A stretch of DNA of 64,000 nt, taken from contig OY763426.1 in NCBI GenBank assembly GCA_963667495.1, positions 4,878,927 through 4,942,926 of the forward strand. The letters run 5' to 3'. Under the pieces are notes generated by a model. It saw nothing but the letters and a program-made list of their open reading frames with translations. It ran no database searches and was not told the DNA's origin. The translations under genes were made by a program, and so were the position numbers. The stretch is from Candidatus Binatia bacterium. Lineage in GTDB: Bacteria; Desulfobacterota; Binatia; Bin18. Shown here in pieces: positions 8,300 to 18,559 of this stretch. Position 1 is the first letter of the stretch. The number at the start of each line of letters is the position of its first letter.

Positions 8300-10192
8300 T
8301 TACTCTTGAGGAGAAGCCACTGGCATCGCGCTCAGACGGTCACGAGTCTGTTTGGCCATGTCCGTCTTACCAGTCTTTTCATACAGCCGAGCGAGGTGTT
8401 CAAGCGTCTCGCGGGTCATCGAGCTGTTCGCGGGCAGGGCCTTCTCTTGGATCTGGACCGCTCGCTCTGTGAGCGACACGGCCGCTTCATTTTTTCCTTG
8501 CTCGGCATAGAACGTCGCCTGGGTGCGGAGATTCAGTGCGACGTTCGGATGATCCGCACCAAGCGACGCTTCCATAACGGAAGCAGCCTGCTCGTATATG
8601 GGTAAGAACGTCGCATAATCCTTGGTGTCCTGGAGGAGGTCGGCGATGCCGCTCAGTGTCGTGGCCAGATTATTCAGACTGACCGCAATATCACGCTGCC
8701 CAGGCTCCAACGCCTTGGTCTCAACCGCCAGAGCTTCTTCGTAATACAGCTGAGATGCAGTGAGGTCCCCGGCATCTTTCAGGAACAGCGCAAACTGATT
8801 CAGGCTCGTAGCAATATTCGGATGATCCTCACCCAGCGCGGTCTTCATGACCTGTACGGACCGTTCAAACAGCGGCCGGGCGGTCTCAAAGTTGCCGTTC
8901 TGATGGTGCAGAGAAGCCAGGTTATTCAGACTGACCGCAACATTGGGATGAACGCTGCCGTAGACCGTCTCGGTAATCTGAAGCGCCCGCTCGTACAAAG
9001 GCAACGGGCGGACGCTATCCCCTCCCTCGCGCAGGGCCAAGGCCATATTGTTCAGATTCATGGCCACAACCGGGTGGTCTTTGCCCAGCGCTTGTTCGTT
9101 GATCGCAATCACGCGCTCATAGACCGCTGCGGCCTCAGCGTAGTTCCGGACCTGGTACAAGAGAGAGGCCAGGTTGTTCAGGCTAGTCCCGACGTCAGGA
9201 TGCGTCAGACCATAGGCAGTGGTATAGATCTCGGCAGCCCGCTCAAACATGGGCCGTGCTGTGGCAAATTCTCCTATTTGATATAACGCCGATCCGAGAT
9301 TGTTGAGACTCGCAGCCACATCGGGATGTGACGGGCCAAGCGCAGCCTCTCGGATGTCGAGCGCACGTTGCTGCAATGCCCGTGCCTCGGCATAGTCCCC
9401 CATTTCCTTCAAGAGTAGACCCAACCGAGTCAGGTCGTCAGCTACAACAGGGTGCCGAGCACCGTGCGTGCTCTCATGGATAGAGAGCGCACTCTGGAGC
9501 AAGGTTCGCGCACCGTTATAATTCTTCGTCGCCATAAAAAGCTCGCCCAGATTAATCATGCTGAGGGCGACAGCTGGATGGTCACCACCCAGTTGCTGTT
9601 GGTGGATCGCCAACGCCCGTTCAAAAAGCGGACGGGCTTTCTCGTATTGCCTTTGCTCTTTGTACAGGATTGCCAGGTTGCCGACGCTCACGGCAACCGC
9701 GGCATGCGACTGCCCATAGGCGGCCTCTGTAATGCTCAGGGCCCGCTCGAACAGCGGACGGGCAGCCTCAAACTGCTGCTGGTCCTGGAGCACCAGGGCG
9801 AGATTGCTCAGACTGCGGACAATGCCGGGATGATCGCTCCCCAGTTCCTTCTCATCAATGCCCAGCGCCCGTTCGAAGAGCTGACGAGCTTCCGTGTATT
9901 GACGAGTCTGCTGAAGGAGGAGGGCGAGGTTATTGAGGCTTTGAGAGACGAGCGGATGATCGGGGCCGGCAACCTTTTCCGTCTGCTCAAGGAGCTCGCG
10001 CGCAACGGGGACGGCGGCCTGAAATTTTCCAGCCGCGTGTAAACGTCCGGCCTCTTCGGCTAATTGCTTGAGGCGGGTACCCGGCGCTTCGTCCGTACCA
10101 AAAGCAAACGGCGCAAAACAGAGTACGGCAACGGAAACGGCGACGCTGAGGATTCGGCTGGGACTATTCACTACAGGTGAGAGCCGAGACAT
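8300..10192 (-). CDS. Secreted tetratricopeptide-repeat protein (about 14 TPR units)
   Basis: Signal peptide MSRLSP...CFAPFAFG. Repeats of the form SLNNLAxLYxxxGxYxxAxPLxERALxIxExxLGxDHPxVA (TPR_10/12-like). Confidence 0.8.
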   Translation of the reverse strand: MSRLSPVVNSPSRILSVAVSVAVLCFAPFAFGTDEAPGTRLKQLAEEAGRLHAAGKFQAAVPVARELLEQTEKVAGPDHPLVSQSLNNLALLLQQTRQYTEARQLFERALGIDEKELGSDHPGIVRSLSNLALVLQDQQQFEAARPLFERALSITEAAYGQSHAAVAVSVGNLAILYKEQRQYEKARPLFERALAIHQQQLGGDHPAVALSMINLGELFMATKNYNGARTLLQSALSIHESTHGARHPVVADDLTRLGLLLKEMGDYAEARALQQRALDIREAALGPSHPDVAASLNNLGSALYQIGEFATARPMFERAAEIYTTAYGLTHPDVGTSLNNLASLLYQVRNYAEAAAVYERVIAINEQALGKDHPVVAMNLNNMALALREGGDSVRPLPLYERALQITETVYGSVHPNVAVSLNNLASLHHQNGNFETARPLFERSVQVMKTALGEDHPNIATSLNQFALFLKDAGDLTASQLYYEEALAVETKALEPGQRDIAVSLNNLATTLSGIADLLQDTKDYATFLPIYEQAASVMEASLGADHPNVALNLRTQATFYAEQGKNEAAVSLTERAVQIQEKALPANSSMTRETLEHLARLYEKTGKTDMAKQTRDRLSAMPVASPQE

Positions 10193-10225
10193 GAAGGCGG
10201 GTTCACAGCCCTACGAGACAGCAGA

Positions 10226-10717
10226 CTATTCCGTCTGCGTCATCTGATCAGGAGGGACAGAAACGACGTCTTCAGAGGGCTTATGAAAAGTTTCCGCTAC
10301 GTCAAAGGAACCGCGCAGTGAATACACGTCATCTTTGAACATGGGTAAGTGAGAATAGTAGGCACGATGGTAATAGCAGCCCAGGCCCTCACCCGGCGCT
10401 GCGGTTTCCTCCTCGACAATAGTGTCGGAAATTGTAGCGCTTCCGCTCTCTATCGAGGGGGGTGTCTTGACTGACGCGATATCAGGCTGTGCAGCCTGTT
10501 CAGCGTGACTTTTTTCAGTCAGCGTATCAGCATCATCCTTCCGGGTCGGTGTCGGCGGTCGGTGAGACGGATTTTCAAATTTGTCGAGCCAGCCGTAATA
10601 CGCGGAAGCCTTGGGTGCCGTTGGTTGCGGCTCTCCTTCTGCCCGGAGATCGCTGGCGATCAACACAATGCCAAGACTCAGAACGATAGTCAGGATGTGT
10701 TTCATACTGAAGCCCAT
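10226..10717 (-). CDS. Small secreted hypothetical protein sharing a motif with the adjacent DUF1329
   Basis: Signal peptide MKHILTIVLSLGIVLIASDLRA. The C-terminal GCYYHRAYYSHLPMFKDDVY parallels GTFYHKAYHSQMAMFPDNNY in the DUF1329 protein. Confidence 0.45.
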   Translation of the reverse strand: MGFSMKHILTIVLSLGIVLIASDLRAEGEPQPTAPKASAYYGWLDKFENPSHRPPTPTRKDDADTLTEKSHAEQAAQPDIASVKTPPSIESGSATISDTIVEEETAAPGEGLGCYYHRAYYSHLPMFKDDVYSLRGSFDVAETFHKPSEDVVSVPPDQMTQTE

Positions 10718-10806
10718 GTTCTCACCGTTCAGCGTTCTTATTGTAAGCCGCAACGTACAAGGGGAGCAGCTAGGCTGCTCCCCTCGGAGATGTCTTCTGA
10801 GGCTGC

Positions 10807-12249
10807 TTAGCGGTGCAGCTCGGTCAGACGGTTGAGGTCGTACAGGCCGTTAATGAAATCCATCGAAAAGTCAGGCAGACCACCGCCGTATTCACGCCAC
10901 AGGTTGCCGCGACCGTTCTGGATGTCGACCGTGTCCACGTTCCGCCAGTGAATCGCGCCACGATTGGCGTTCATGAACGTATACTTCTTGGAGTCGTCAG
11001 CCCACTGGTAGCCCCACTGCCACAGCTTCCACAGCTTTCCTTTCCGGTCGAAAGCGACGTGGTTCCAGGTTTCCCAGGTTTCCGGGTCGATCGCCATGAT
11101 GGCGCTCTTATACGGATGACGCGGGTCTTTCGGGATACGTTCCACCACGAACAGCTCGCGGATCTGCCACACATCCATATTGAGCCAGCCATCCGGTCCA
11201 CCATACCGCACACCATCATCATCCCACTTGGTTTTGGCGTGAACGGTCAGGAATTTCTTCTTGCCCCAGAACTTCCAGTCCCACTCAAGCGGACGACCCG
11301 AGAAGCCGTAGAAGTCTTCCAGCGTATGCTCAGTCCCCATCAGCGAGTCGGACTTCACCTCAGCCGAAATCCGGCGAACACGGCGCAGACTGGGAACATA
11401 GGCCCAACCATCATCGGTCCGACGGGGGTCGATATAACGCTGGATGATGAACGCGGTGCCCCGCACGTCGTACGGCTCGAAGAAACCGGTGAACTCTTTC
11501 CAGTGCACGGTTCCGGCGTCATCGTTTTCGGGCAAGTTATAATTGTTGTCCGGAAACATGGCCATCTGGGAGTGATACGCCTTATGATAGAAGGTTCCCA
11601 AGCTGCGCTCGTAGGTCCCGCCACCGCCATAGATCTCTTCCGTGTTATATTCCCAGTCGGTGTCGAGATCGATCTCGTCACCAATCCAGGCATCGGGCGG
11701 CTTGGTCGGCTCGGGGGCGGTATGCGTTCCGCCAAAGCGCAGCCACGTGGTCAACGCATTGGCCACGAAATATCCGCGCCAGTAAAAGCGTTTGTCATAG
11801 TTCCAGGCGACCTTGAGGCCCGCGATGCTGTCGTCGCCTTCACTCATAATGTCGTCGTTGGCAAACGGGTAGCCACAGACGTAGTTCTCAAGCGCGCCGT
11901 CAGCGGACAGCGCAACCTGCTTCTGGAACTTCTCGTCGCACTCCAAAACCGTCTGGTGCGCCTTCACGTGATAGGTTTCTACCACTTCCATACTGAGTGA
12001 GCCGTCGTTCCACTTCTCATACTGCTCGAAGTAACCGGGGAACATAAACGGCTTCACCTTGGGCAAGTCCGCATGGGTGAGGACATCGCCGGCTTTGAAC
12101 TCCGGCTCAACATCCTTGGATTGACTGAACCATTGGACAAAGGTGTCATGCGTATACTGCGTGGGGTCACCACTCTGGGCCCACACGCTGGTCTGTGCCC
12201 ACAACAGGCTACAGGCCGCGAGAAACGAAATCGCTGTGAGTCGTTTCAT
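10807..12249 (-). CDS. DUF1329 family protein (LolA-like, periplasmic/outer membrane associated)
   Basis: Signal peptide MKRLTAISFLAACSLLWAQ with GAGGAGGA SD. Length and blocks (ADGALENYVCGYPFA, VPSLRRVRR, LEDFYGFSGRPLEWDWKF) match DUF1329. Partner of DUF1302. Confidence 0.75.
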   Translation of the reverse strand: MKRLTAISFLAACSLLWAQTSVWAQSGDPTQYTHDTFVQWFSQSKDVEPEFKAGDVLTHADLPKVKPFMFPGYFEQYEKWNDGSLSMEVVETYHVKAHQTVLECDEKFQKQVALSADGALENYVCGYPFANDDIMSEGDDSIAGLKVAWNYDKRFYWRGYFVANALTTWLRFGGTHTAPEPTKPPDAWIGDEIDLDTDWEYNTEEIYGGGGTYERSLGTFYHKAYHSQMAMFPDNNYNLPENDDAGTVHWKEFTGFFEPYDVRGTAFIIQRYIDPRRTDDGWAYVPSLRRVRRISAEVKSDSLMGTEHTLEDFYGFSGRPLEWDWKFWGKKKFLTVHAKTKWDDDGVRYGGPDGWLNMDVWQIRELFVVERIPKDPRHPYKSAIMAIDPETWETWNHVAFDRKGKLWKLWQWGYQWADDSKKYTFMNANRGAIHWRNVDTVDIQNGRGNLWREYGGGLPDFSMDFINGLYDLNRLTELHR

Positions 12250-12278
12250 AAATCCTCCTCTAAGAAAATTCACCGCTC

Positions 12279-12308
12279 TATTTTTGGTTGCCGTTTTTGG
12301 GAAGTCAA
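12279..12308 (-). promoter_or_regulatory. Candidate internal promoter upstream of the DUF1329 gene
   Basis: The minus-strand TTGACT-N17-AAAAAT sits about 20 nt upstream of the GAGGAGGA SD, just downstream of the CCCTCCCCC-GCAA-GGGGGGAGG hairpin at about 12372-12393. Confidence 0.25.
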
Positions 12309-12401
12309 TAATACCTCAGCAGGTATTTTTCTAATTTTAGCCAGAACGAAGGGAGCAGCCCTCCATCCTGACCCTCCCCCGCAAGGGGGGAGGAAGGGTT
12401 A

Positions 12402-14546
12402 CTAGAAACGATAGCGCAGTCGGCTCCAGAATTCGTTCATCTTATTCCGCTCCGAGCCACCGGCCTGCATGTGGAACAGGCCGAAACCGGCTTCCGTATA
12501 CGGGTTGTTCGGGTCGCCCGTAAAAGCGCCGAACGCGCCGAGATCGTGTTTATGCCGTCCACCCAGAAACGCGGTGAAACCGAGCGTAACCGACCAGTTA
12601 TTGGTGATCAGATACTCGATATTACCGCCGGTCGTGCCGTCCTGGGCCGCGGTGCCGAACGCGCCAAAGACCAGGTAGACCAGTTGGTCGCGCATGAAGT
12701 GATTCTGCGCGAACACGGTGAAGATGAAGTTGTTGTTCTCGGCGGTGATGCCGCGGCGGCCGGCCCTCACATCGGGAAAGTGGGTTCCGTACGCCTGGGC
12801 GCTCAGGAAGAAGCTCCGCGTCGGGTTGAGCCAACGGATCAGGGTCGGCCGGTCAATCCCCAACACCCACTTGAAGGAGTTGCCGTCCCCGATCAGATCG
12901 ACCTTGGTCGTGTCGTTCAGCATCACGTTAGCGCTCCAGGACGATTCCCAGCGGAACACAAGGCCGGTGTACGGCTCGAACCAGTCGAGCGACAGGCCCA
13001 GCGTGTTGGTCTTGCGGTATCTGGCGGACAGCGAGCCGCCGAAGGTGCAGTGGTTGTGATATTCGGCGTGGCGGAATTTCTTCTTGGTGCCGTATGACGA
13101 CCCACCTTCTTTGAAGAGGGCTGCTTGCCTGACCTGGATCTGCTTCGGCTTGACGCCGACTATGACTGGACCAAGGCCGCCTGTGTTATTAACAACGGTG
13201 CCACCGTCCTTGGCGGTAATACCGACACCCGGCGCTTCATTCCGGTCCGCGGGCAGAATGCTGTTCCCGTTTCCGTCTGTCGTACACTCTGGCCGATTAG
13301 AGACGTTAAGGCGGTCCCAGCCGGTCGCGGGCAAGTCGGCAAACGCGAAATAGTCGGTGACCTGGATACGCAGGTTGCCGGCTGTGGCTTCCCAGCGCAT
13401 CCCTATGCCGCCGTTCTTCAGATTCCAGTGAGGAGCCCGGTTTTTGTACAGTGCCATGTTCTTGAACGGGAGATAGGGCCTATCTTCCGTTGCCATAGTC
13501 GGGTCGTCGGCCGTGCCGGGGAAAAGGGCGGTTGCAAACAGATCGTTCCCGAACACGAAGCCGTCTATCGTCCGTCCGAAGCCCGTGGCCCAGGGTTGGG
13601 CCGGGTGACCGAGACCGGTCGGCGTGTGGCGGTCGAAGACATACACGACACCACCGGCCACATCGCGCAGTGGGCCGATGTTGCCGAAGCGATGCTCGAA
13701 CAGGGCCGACCACAACGGCACGCGCGTATCGTCGAACAGATCAATGAAGAAGTGGTCGCCGAAGTCGACCGGGTTCACGATGTCTTGCAGGCGGAAGAAG
13801 TCGGCCTTCCCCCACACGTGCTGCTGCTTCCCGATACGCAGCCAGTTGCGACCGCCGAGGCCCTTCCAGAAGAAGTCGAAATACGCCTCGCGGACGGGAT
13901 AGTACAGGTCCATATTGGTCTCGCGGGTCATACCGAAGCGCAGGTCGTTCTGGCTGGCGTCCAGGCCGTAGTAGCCTCTGCTACGCGAATCGATATCGCG
14001 ACCGGCTACTCCGTACTTCGAGCCGGGGACCAGAGCGTGCATGAACTCGACGTTGCCCCCTGCCCCACCTTCCTTTGGCCAGAATCCGGCGTAGTTACCA
14101 GGATTAAGCCCAAAGGCCTGGAGGAATCCGGCATTGGCCGGTTTGGGATAACCGGAACGCCCAGAGACGAAGCGCTTGCCCTCGCCTTTCCGACCGTTTC
14201 CGAACTTGTCGTCTATGTCGTAGATCGACTCGTACTGAGGCCGCAGTTCGATGAAATACTCGAAGCGGTCAAAGTAGTCCTGCATTGCGTACAGGGGACC
14301 GGCCAACTGCACGCTGGCCCGGTAGCGGGACGACGCGACGTGATAGTCGGTCTTGAAGGTATTGTTCCGTAGAATGGAGAAGTTGTCCACGTAGCCGTGG
14401 ATGGCCATTCTATCGAAACTATCCAGGAGTCCTTTGTCTCCGCGCCCTGCCGCATCCACAGATGGAATAGCGAGCGCCATACTCAGACCAATGGCTGTTA
14501 TAGTCAGCCAGAGTCCGGCCAGCTTCCCTCTCCCTGCTCGTTTCAT
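12402..14546 (-). CDS. DUF1302 family outer-membrane protein
   Basis: Signal peptide MKRAGRGKLAGLWLTITAIGLSMALA. About 700 aa, alternating beta-strand-like composition, and a C-terminal ...RLRYRF (terminal Phe typical of OM barrels). Confidence 0.75.
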   Translation of the reverse strand: MKRAGRGKLAGLWLTITAIGLSMALAIPSVDAAGRGDKGLLDSFDRMAIHGYVDNFSILRNNTFKTDYHVASSRYRASVQLAGPLYAMQDYFDRFEYFIELRPQYESIYDIDDKFGNGRKGEGKRFVSGRSGYPKPANAGFLQAFGLNPGNYAGFWPKEGGAGGNVEFMHALVPGSKYGVAGRDIDSRSRGYYGLDASQNDLRFGMTRETNMDLYYPVREAYFDFFWKGLGGRNWLRIGKQQHVWGKADFFRLQDIVNPVDFGDHFFIDLFDDTRVPLWSALFEHRFGNIGPLRDVAGGVVYVFDRHTPTGLGHPAQPWATGFGRTIDGFVFGNDLFATALFPGTADDPTMATEDRPYLPFKNMALYKNRAPHWNLKNGGIGMRWEATAGNLRIQVTDYFAFADLPATGWDRLNVSNRPECTTDGNGNSILPADRNEAPGVGITAKDGGTVVNNTGGLGPVIVGVKPKQIQVRQAALFKEGGSSYGTKKKFRHAEYHNHCTFGGSLSARYRKTNTLGLSLDWFEPYTGLVFRWESSWSANVMLNDTTKVDLIGDGNSFKWVLGIDRPTLIRWLNPTRSFFLSAQAYGTHFPDVRAGRRGITAENNNFIFTVFAQNHFMRDQLVYLVFGAFGTAAQDGTTGGNIEYLITNNWSVTLGFTAFLGGRHKHDLGAFGAFTGDPNNPYTEAGFGLFHMQAGGSERNKMNEFWSRLRYRF

Positions 14547-14641
14547 AACGAGGTCTCCTTCCTTGCCCCTCGCCCTCACGAAGGGAAAATCTTTACTACC
14601 CCCAGAGGGGCCATTTGTCACAACAATCCCTCAAACTTTTA

Positions 14642-17065
14642 TCAGCTCGTTGGTTGCGGGCTCGGCTCCGCCATCATTGGCTGTTCTTCCTCAACCTGCA
14701 CAGGCTGCCCAACCACAAACTTCGGCTTCACAATCGCAATCATGGCCGGAATCATAGTCAGTGCCGACAACCAGTGTGTCACCAGCAGAATGGCCAATAA
14801 CAGGGCCATCTCCGCAGAGAAGCGCAAACTCGACAGAAAATACCACGGAATCACCCCGGCAATCATCGTCGTAGCGGTAAAGGTCACAGCCATACCCGTT
14901 GTTGATACCGTTTTTTTGATTCCTGCAATCAGGTCGCCCCCGGCCCGTGGGACTTCGAGTCGAATCCGGTCAACGACATATAAGATGTAGTCCACCCCAA
15001 TACCCATCCCCACCGCGGTCACCGGCAACGAATTGATATTAATGCCGATGCCCATAAAGGAGACGTACATATAACTGGCCACCCCCGCGGCAACGAGCGC
15101 GAGCATCACCAAGGTTGCCGCAATCAGAGAACCGTAGCTCAAAAGGACAAGGGTGTAAACGGTCATAATGACGAGCATGGCGGCCTGCTTCTCGGATCGA
15201 TCAATTTCCTCATTCAGTGCAGCCGTCGTACCGATAAATCCGCCGGCCAGGCGCAGACTTACCCCTTCAATAGGATGTTCGGCCATGAATTTCTTCGCCC
15301 TGGCGATTGCCTCGCGAACGGTATCGCCTTTCACGTCTTTGTAAAACACGACAAACTGGCCATTCTTGTAGACCATATCGGTGTACTCAAGAATAACACC
15401 CGATATAGGAGCTGAGGCTTCATACACGAAAATCAAATTTCCAGTGATAGATCTATCAGGCGGAATGACCTGCCAGCGTGGGTCGCCATAATGATAGCGG
15501 CGGTTCAAATTACGCGCCAAAGTGTACAGCTCGCGCGTGTCCCCCGCCTCAACCTGCTCCAACAGATAGCGGCGCATTTCCTCAAGGGTATCGAGCACAT
15601 GCGGCTCTTTGAGGATATGTTCCCGCTCGCCTTCCAGATAGATCACCAGTTGATTGGCCCCGGCAAATCGCTCGTTAATCGTCCGTGCGGACACATTGTA
15701 ATGGGCATCCTGCCACAGCAGCGGAGAGCCAGCTTCCTGTTCCCCAATCGGCACCGTAATCGCGGTCCGTACGCCAAAAAAGATGGTCACCGCGGCAACA
15801 ACCATAATCACCCAGCGGCTGGTTGCCCCGGTGGCGATATTGCCGACCGTGGTCAGTGTGACCTCCATCCAACGCGGAATAAAATGTTCCGTTGTCTTTG
15901 GGGTCGGGAAATACGATAACAGGATGGGCATGGTATGCGTAATGCAGAAAATATTGGCGAAGGCCCAGAAACTCCCGTAATAGGCCAGCTTTTCGATCAG
16001 AGGAATGGTGGCAACGGACAGGACCAGAATCCCACCGGCATCGCTGATGACACCCGTCACACCCGGCAGAAACAAGTCACTCAGACACGTAAAGGCCGCT
16101 TTCTCCTGGTCTTTTGAGACTTCGAGTTCTTCGAAATAGCGCTCAATCATCTGCACCGCGTGGCTGACCGAGCGAGCCGTGATCAGCAGCGGGATCACCA
16201 GGATGAGCGGGTCCAGATTAAAGCCCCACCAGCCGACCCAGCCCAAGCCCCATACCGTCTGGATGGCTGCGCCAATCAATGGGACGAGCACCCCGTAGGC
16301 CCGCCGAAAATAGATAATCAGCGCAAGAAAGACCATTATTCCGGTGAAGGAGAAGATCATGAACAGCTCACCGGTGAAAAACCACACCCAGCCTTTGAGG
16401 GCCGGCTCGCCAGCGACGTACACTTTTGTATTGTCGTCTTCTATTTCACTCCGGATGCGCGTGATTTCCCGTTGAATCTCCCGGTAATCCAACCGATCTT
16501 CGTTAAATCCGGCCAGAACGAGTGCGGCTTTGCCGTCCTCTGAGACGTATTTGTTCATAACGATATCGTTATTGAACATCTCGAACTTCAGCGCGCTGAG
16601 CTCATTGGGATCGTCCGGTATGTCAACGGGAAGCACCGGATACGAACGCACCATGCCGCCAGGCAAGGTCTTGATGTTGCGGATTTTCACGTGGGAAAGC
16701 GAAGCCACCTGGTTATGGTCCACACCGTTGATCTGGTCGAGCTGGTCCGTAAGGTAACGAACATTTTCCAGGTTTCCTTGGGTGAAAATATCACCTTCCT
16801 CTACCTGGAGGACCGCCGTCACAATATTGGCCCCACCAAAGGTCGTCCGATGCTGGTTGTAAGCTTGGATATAGGAATGGCCTTGGGGCAGGAGGTCGGC
16901 AAACTGGCTATACATTTCGACCTTCCGCGCCTGATAGCCCCACATGGCCGTCGCTATTGCCAATAGCACGAGGTACGCAATACGGTGTCGCCAGAGAACT
17001 GCCAGATAGGCTTGAATAATACGGTCGGCGGTGCCTTTTGGTTGACCTGGGGGAGTATGGGCCAT
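14642..17065 (-). CDS. RND-superfamily exporter (MMPL / HpnN-like sterol-sensing-domain transporter)
   Basis: 807 aa with two blocks of about 6 TM helices separated by soluble loop domains. Starts 21 nt upstream of the DUF1302 gene. Confidence 0.8.
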   Translation of the reverse strand: MAHTPPGQPKGTADRIIQAYLAVLWRHRIAYLVLLAIATAMWGYQARKVEMYSQFADLLPQGHSYIQAYNQHRTTFGGANIVTAVLQVEEGDIFTQGNLENVRYLTDQLDQINGVDHNQVASLSHVKIRNIKTLPGGMVRSYPVLPVDIPDDPNELSALKFEMFNNDIVMNKYVSEDGKAALVLAGFNEDRLDYREIQREITRIRSEIEDDNTKVYVAGEPALKGWVWFFTGELFMIFSFTGIMVFLALIIYFRRAYGVLVPLIGAAIQTVWGLGWVGWWGFNLDPLILVIPLLITARSVSHAVQMIERYFEELEVSKDQEKAAFTCLSDLFLPGVTGVISDAGGILVLSVATIPLIEKLAYYGSFWAFANIFCITHTMPILLSYFPTPKTTEHFIPRWMEVTLTTVGNIATGATSRWVIMVVAAVTIFFGVRTAITVPIGEQEAGSPLLWQDAHYNVSARTINERFAGANQLVIYLEGEREHILKEPHVLDTLEEMRRYLLEQVEAGDTRELYTLARNLNRRYHYGDPRWQVIPPDRSITGNLIFVYEASAPISGVILEYTDMVYKNGQFVVFYKDVKGDTVREAIARAKKFMAEHPIEGVSLRLAGGFIGTTAALNEEIDRSEKQAAMLVIMTVYTLVLLSYGSLIAATLVMLALVAAGVASYMYVSFMGIGININSLPVTAVGMGIGVDYILYVVDRIRLEVPRAGGDLIAGIKKTVSTTGMAVTFTATTMIAGVIPWYFLSSLRFSAEMALLLAILLVTHWLSALTMIPAMIAIVKPKFVVGQPVQVEEEQPMMAEPSPQPTS

Positions 17066-17171
17066 GTTATTCCTCCTTACGCGAGCAGGGGCGTAATAGC
17101 GTGTGAGTAATGTGTCCTGTTTATAGGCATGTCAGTCATGACAGCGCCGTTGGGCTGATGGATATACACCC

Positions 17172-18407
17172 TTAGAGGGACGGGTTCGCGGCATAGAGCT
17201 TTGCCTTATCCGTGGTGGTCCAGCTCTTGCCACCGTCAGACGTGACCAGAACCGTGCCCTTTCCTCCACACGCAACGCCAAACTGTCCGTCAGATGCAAA
17301 AGACGCCGTGCGAATCCATGTCAGCACATGCTGACGGACATCGTCGTCAAGCTGCCAGGCATCGCTTGTGGCCGAGGCCATCGTGCCAAGGACGCCGGTC
17401 GCAAAGTCATTACGGTTCTCATTTGGAGCAGCAGTCACGGACAGGAGTGTGTTAAAACTTCCGCTTGGAATATTTGTCCACGTCTCCCCCGCATCTGTCG
17501 TTTGTAATAACGTGCCACTCTCCCCCGTGACATACCCCTCCTGGGCGTTCCGAAAATCTACATCAATCAGGAAGAGGTCTTCAATATAGAGAGGGGGGAT
17601 ACGCTGCCGGATCGCTTCCTCTTCGGAGAGTTCCGGGCGGGTGTATTTCGGCAGGTTGTGCACATTGCGTTGCCGCTGCCAGGTGACGCCACCATCCTGG
17701 GTGCGCAAGATAATTCCAAATTCGCCCGTGACCCACCCGTCCGTATTCGTGGGGAAGGACACACCGTTCAGCGTCACATCGCACGGATTCAGCCGCAGGG
17801 TTGACTCGGGATCATCCGCGGGGTCCGACGTTGCGAAATTATCGAAGCTCAAATCGCACCACAGCGAGAGATTTTCCCAGGTTTCTCCACCGTCTTGTGA
17901 ACGGATAACCGCGCCCACCGGACCGACCGCCCAAATATGTTGTGCGTCCGCACCACGGCTGACCGCAAAATAGTGCGGCTGGGCTACCTGCCAGTCTTGA
18001 AGGGGCAATTCGATAGGAATTTTATTCCAGGCTTTTCCGCCGTCGCTGGTCTTGAGGACGATCCCATCCTGTCCAACGGCAACCCCGTCCTGAGCAGTCG
18101 CAAAATCAATCTCGTAGATTGCCTTTTGGACTCCGGTCTCCAGCATGGCAAAATCTTGTCCGTTATTGGTCACATGCAGAATGAGCCCCCGTCCGCCGGC
18201 GACCCAGGCATTATTGGCGTCAAGGACAAAAGCGTCATAGAAATCTTCACGGTCGGGAAACACATTCCCCCTGGACGCTCCCATTTCGTTGAGTTCACGC
18301 AGCACCTCTTCGTCGGCTGCTTCAACACAAGCAGACAGCGTAAAGAGGGCGGCGGCCAGAATGCTCCAAGCCGCACGCCGCCACACCAAATGCATTTGTC
18401 TTTTCAA
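17172..18407 (-). CDS. Ycf48-like / BNR-repeat beta-propeller lipoprotein
   Basis: Lipobox LSAC after the signal peptide. Repeated DGGxTW / SxDGGxxW motifs (TSDGGKAWN, SQDGGETWE, TQDGGVTWQ, TTDAGETWT, TSDGGKSWT). Confidence 0.7.
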   Translation of the reverse strand: MKRQMHLVWRRAAWSILAAALFTLSACVEAADEEVLRELNEMGASRGNVFPDREDFYDAFVLDANNAWVAGGRGLILHVTNNGQDFAMLETGVQKAIYEIDFATAQDGVAVGQDGIVLKTSDGGKAWNKIPIELPLQDWQVAQPHYFAVSRGADAQHIWAVGPVGAVIRSQDGGETWENLSLWCDLSFDNFATSDPADDPESTLRLNPCDVTLNGVSFPTNTDGWVTGEFGIILRTQDGGVTWQRQRNVHNLPKYTRPELSEEEAIRQRIPPLYIEDLFLIDVDFRNAQEGYVTGESGTLLQTTDAGETWTNIPSGSFNTLLSVTAAPNENRNDFATGVLGTMASATSDAWQLDDDVRQHVLTWIRTASFASDGQFGVACGGKGTVLVTSDGGKSWTTTDKAKLYAANPSL

Positions 18408-18474
18408 GATTTTCTCTCCTTACTAAGGCCGGGGAAGTGTTGTCGTCAGTCAGACCCGGAGGTTAAGCACCCTT

Positions 18475-18502
18475 ACTTATGAAGTACGGACGGAACTGTC
18501 AA
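18475..18502 (-). promoter_or_regulatory. Candidate sigma70-type promoter for the Ycf48-like / RND / DUF1302 / DUF1329 operon
   Basis: Perfect TTGACA on the minus strand (reverse complement of tgtcaa at about 18497-18502), with an A/T-rich -10-like hexamer about 17 nt downstream. Lies in the 150 nt gap upstream of the 18407 start. Confidence 0.25.
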
Positions 18503-18559
18503 GGGACCCCTTAGGGCCGCTTCACCAGGATGATTGAAGCTGTTTCTGGTTCAATTTTT

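Noticed and set aside
10813-14372. Long plus-strand ORFs (10813..12000, 12471..13097, 13125..14372)
   Set aside because: They lie antisense to the well-supported DUF1329 and DUF1302 genes. These are GC-driven open frames without motifs.
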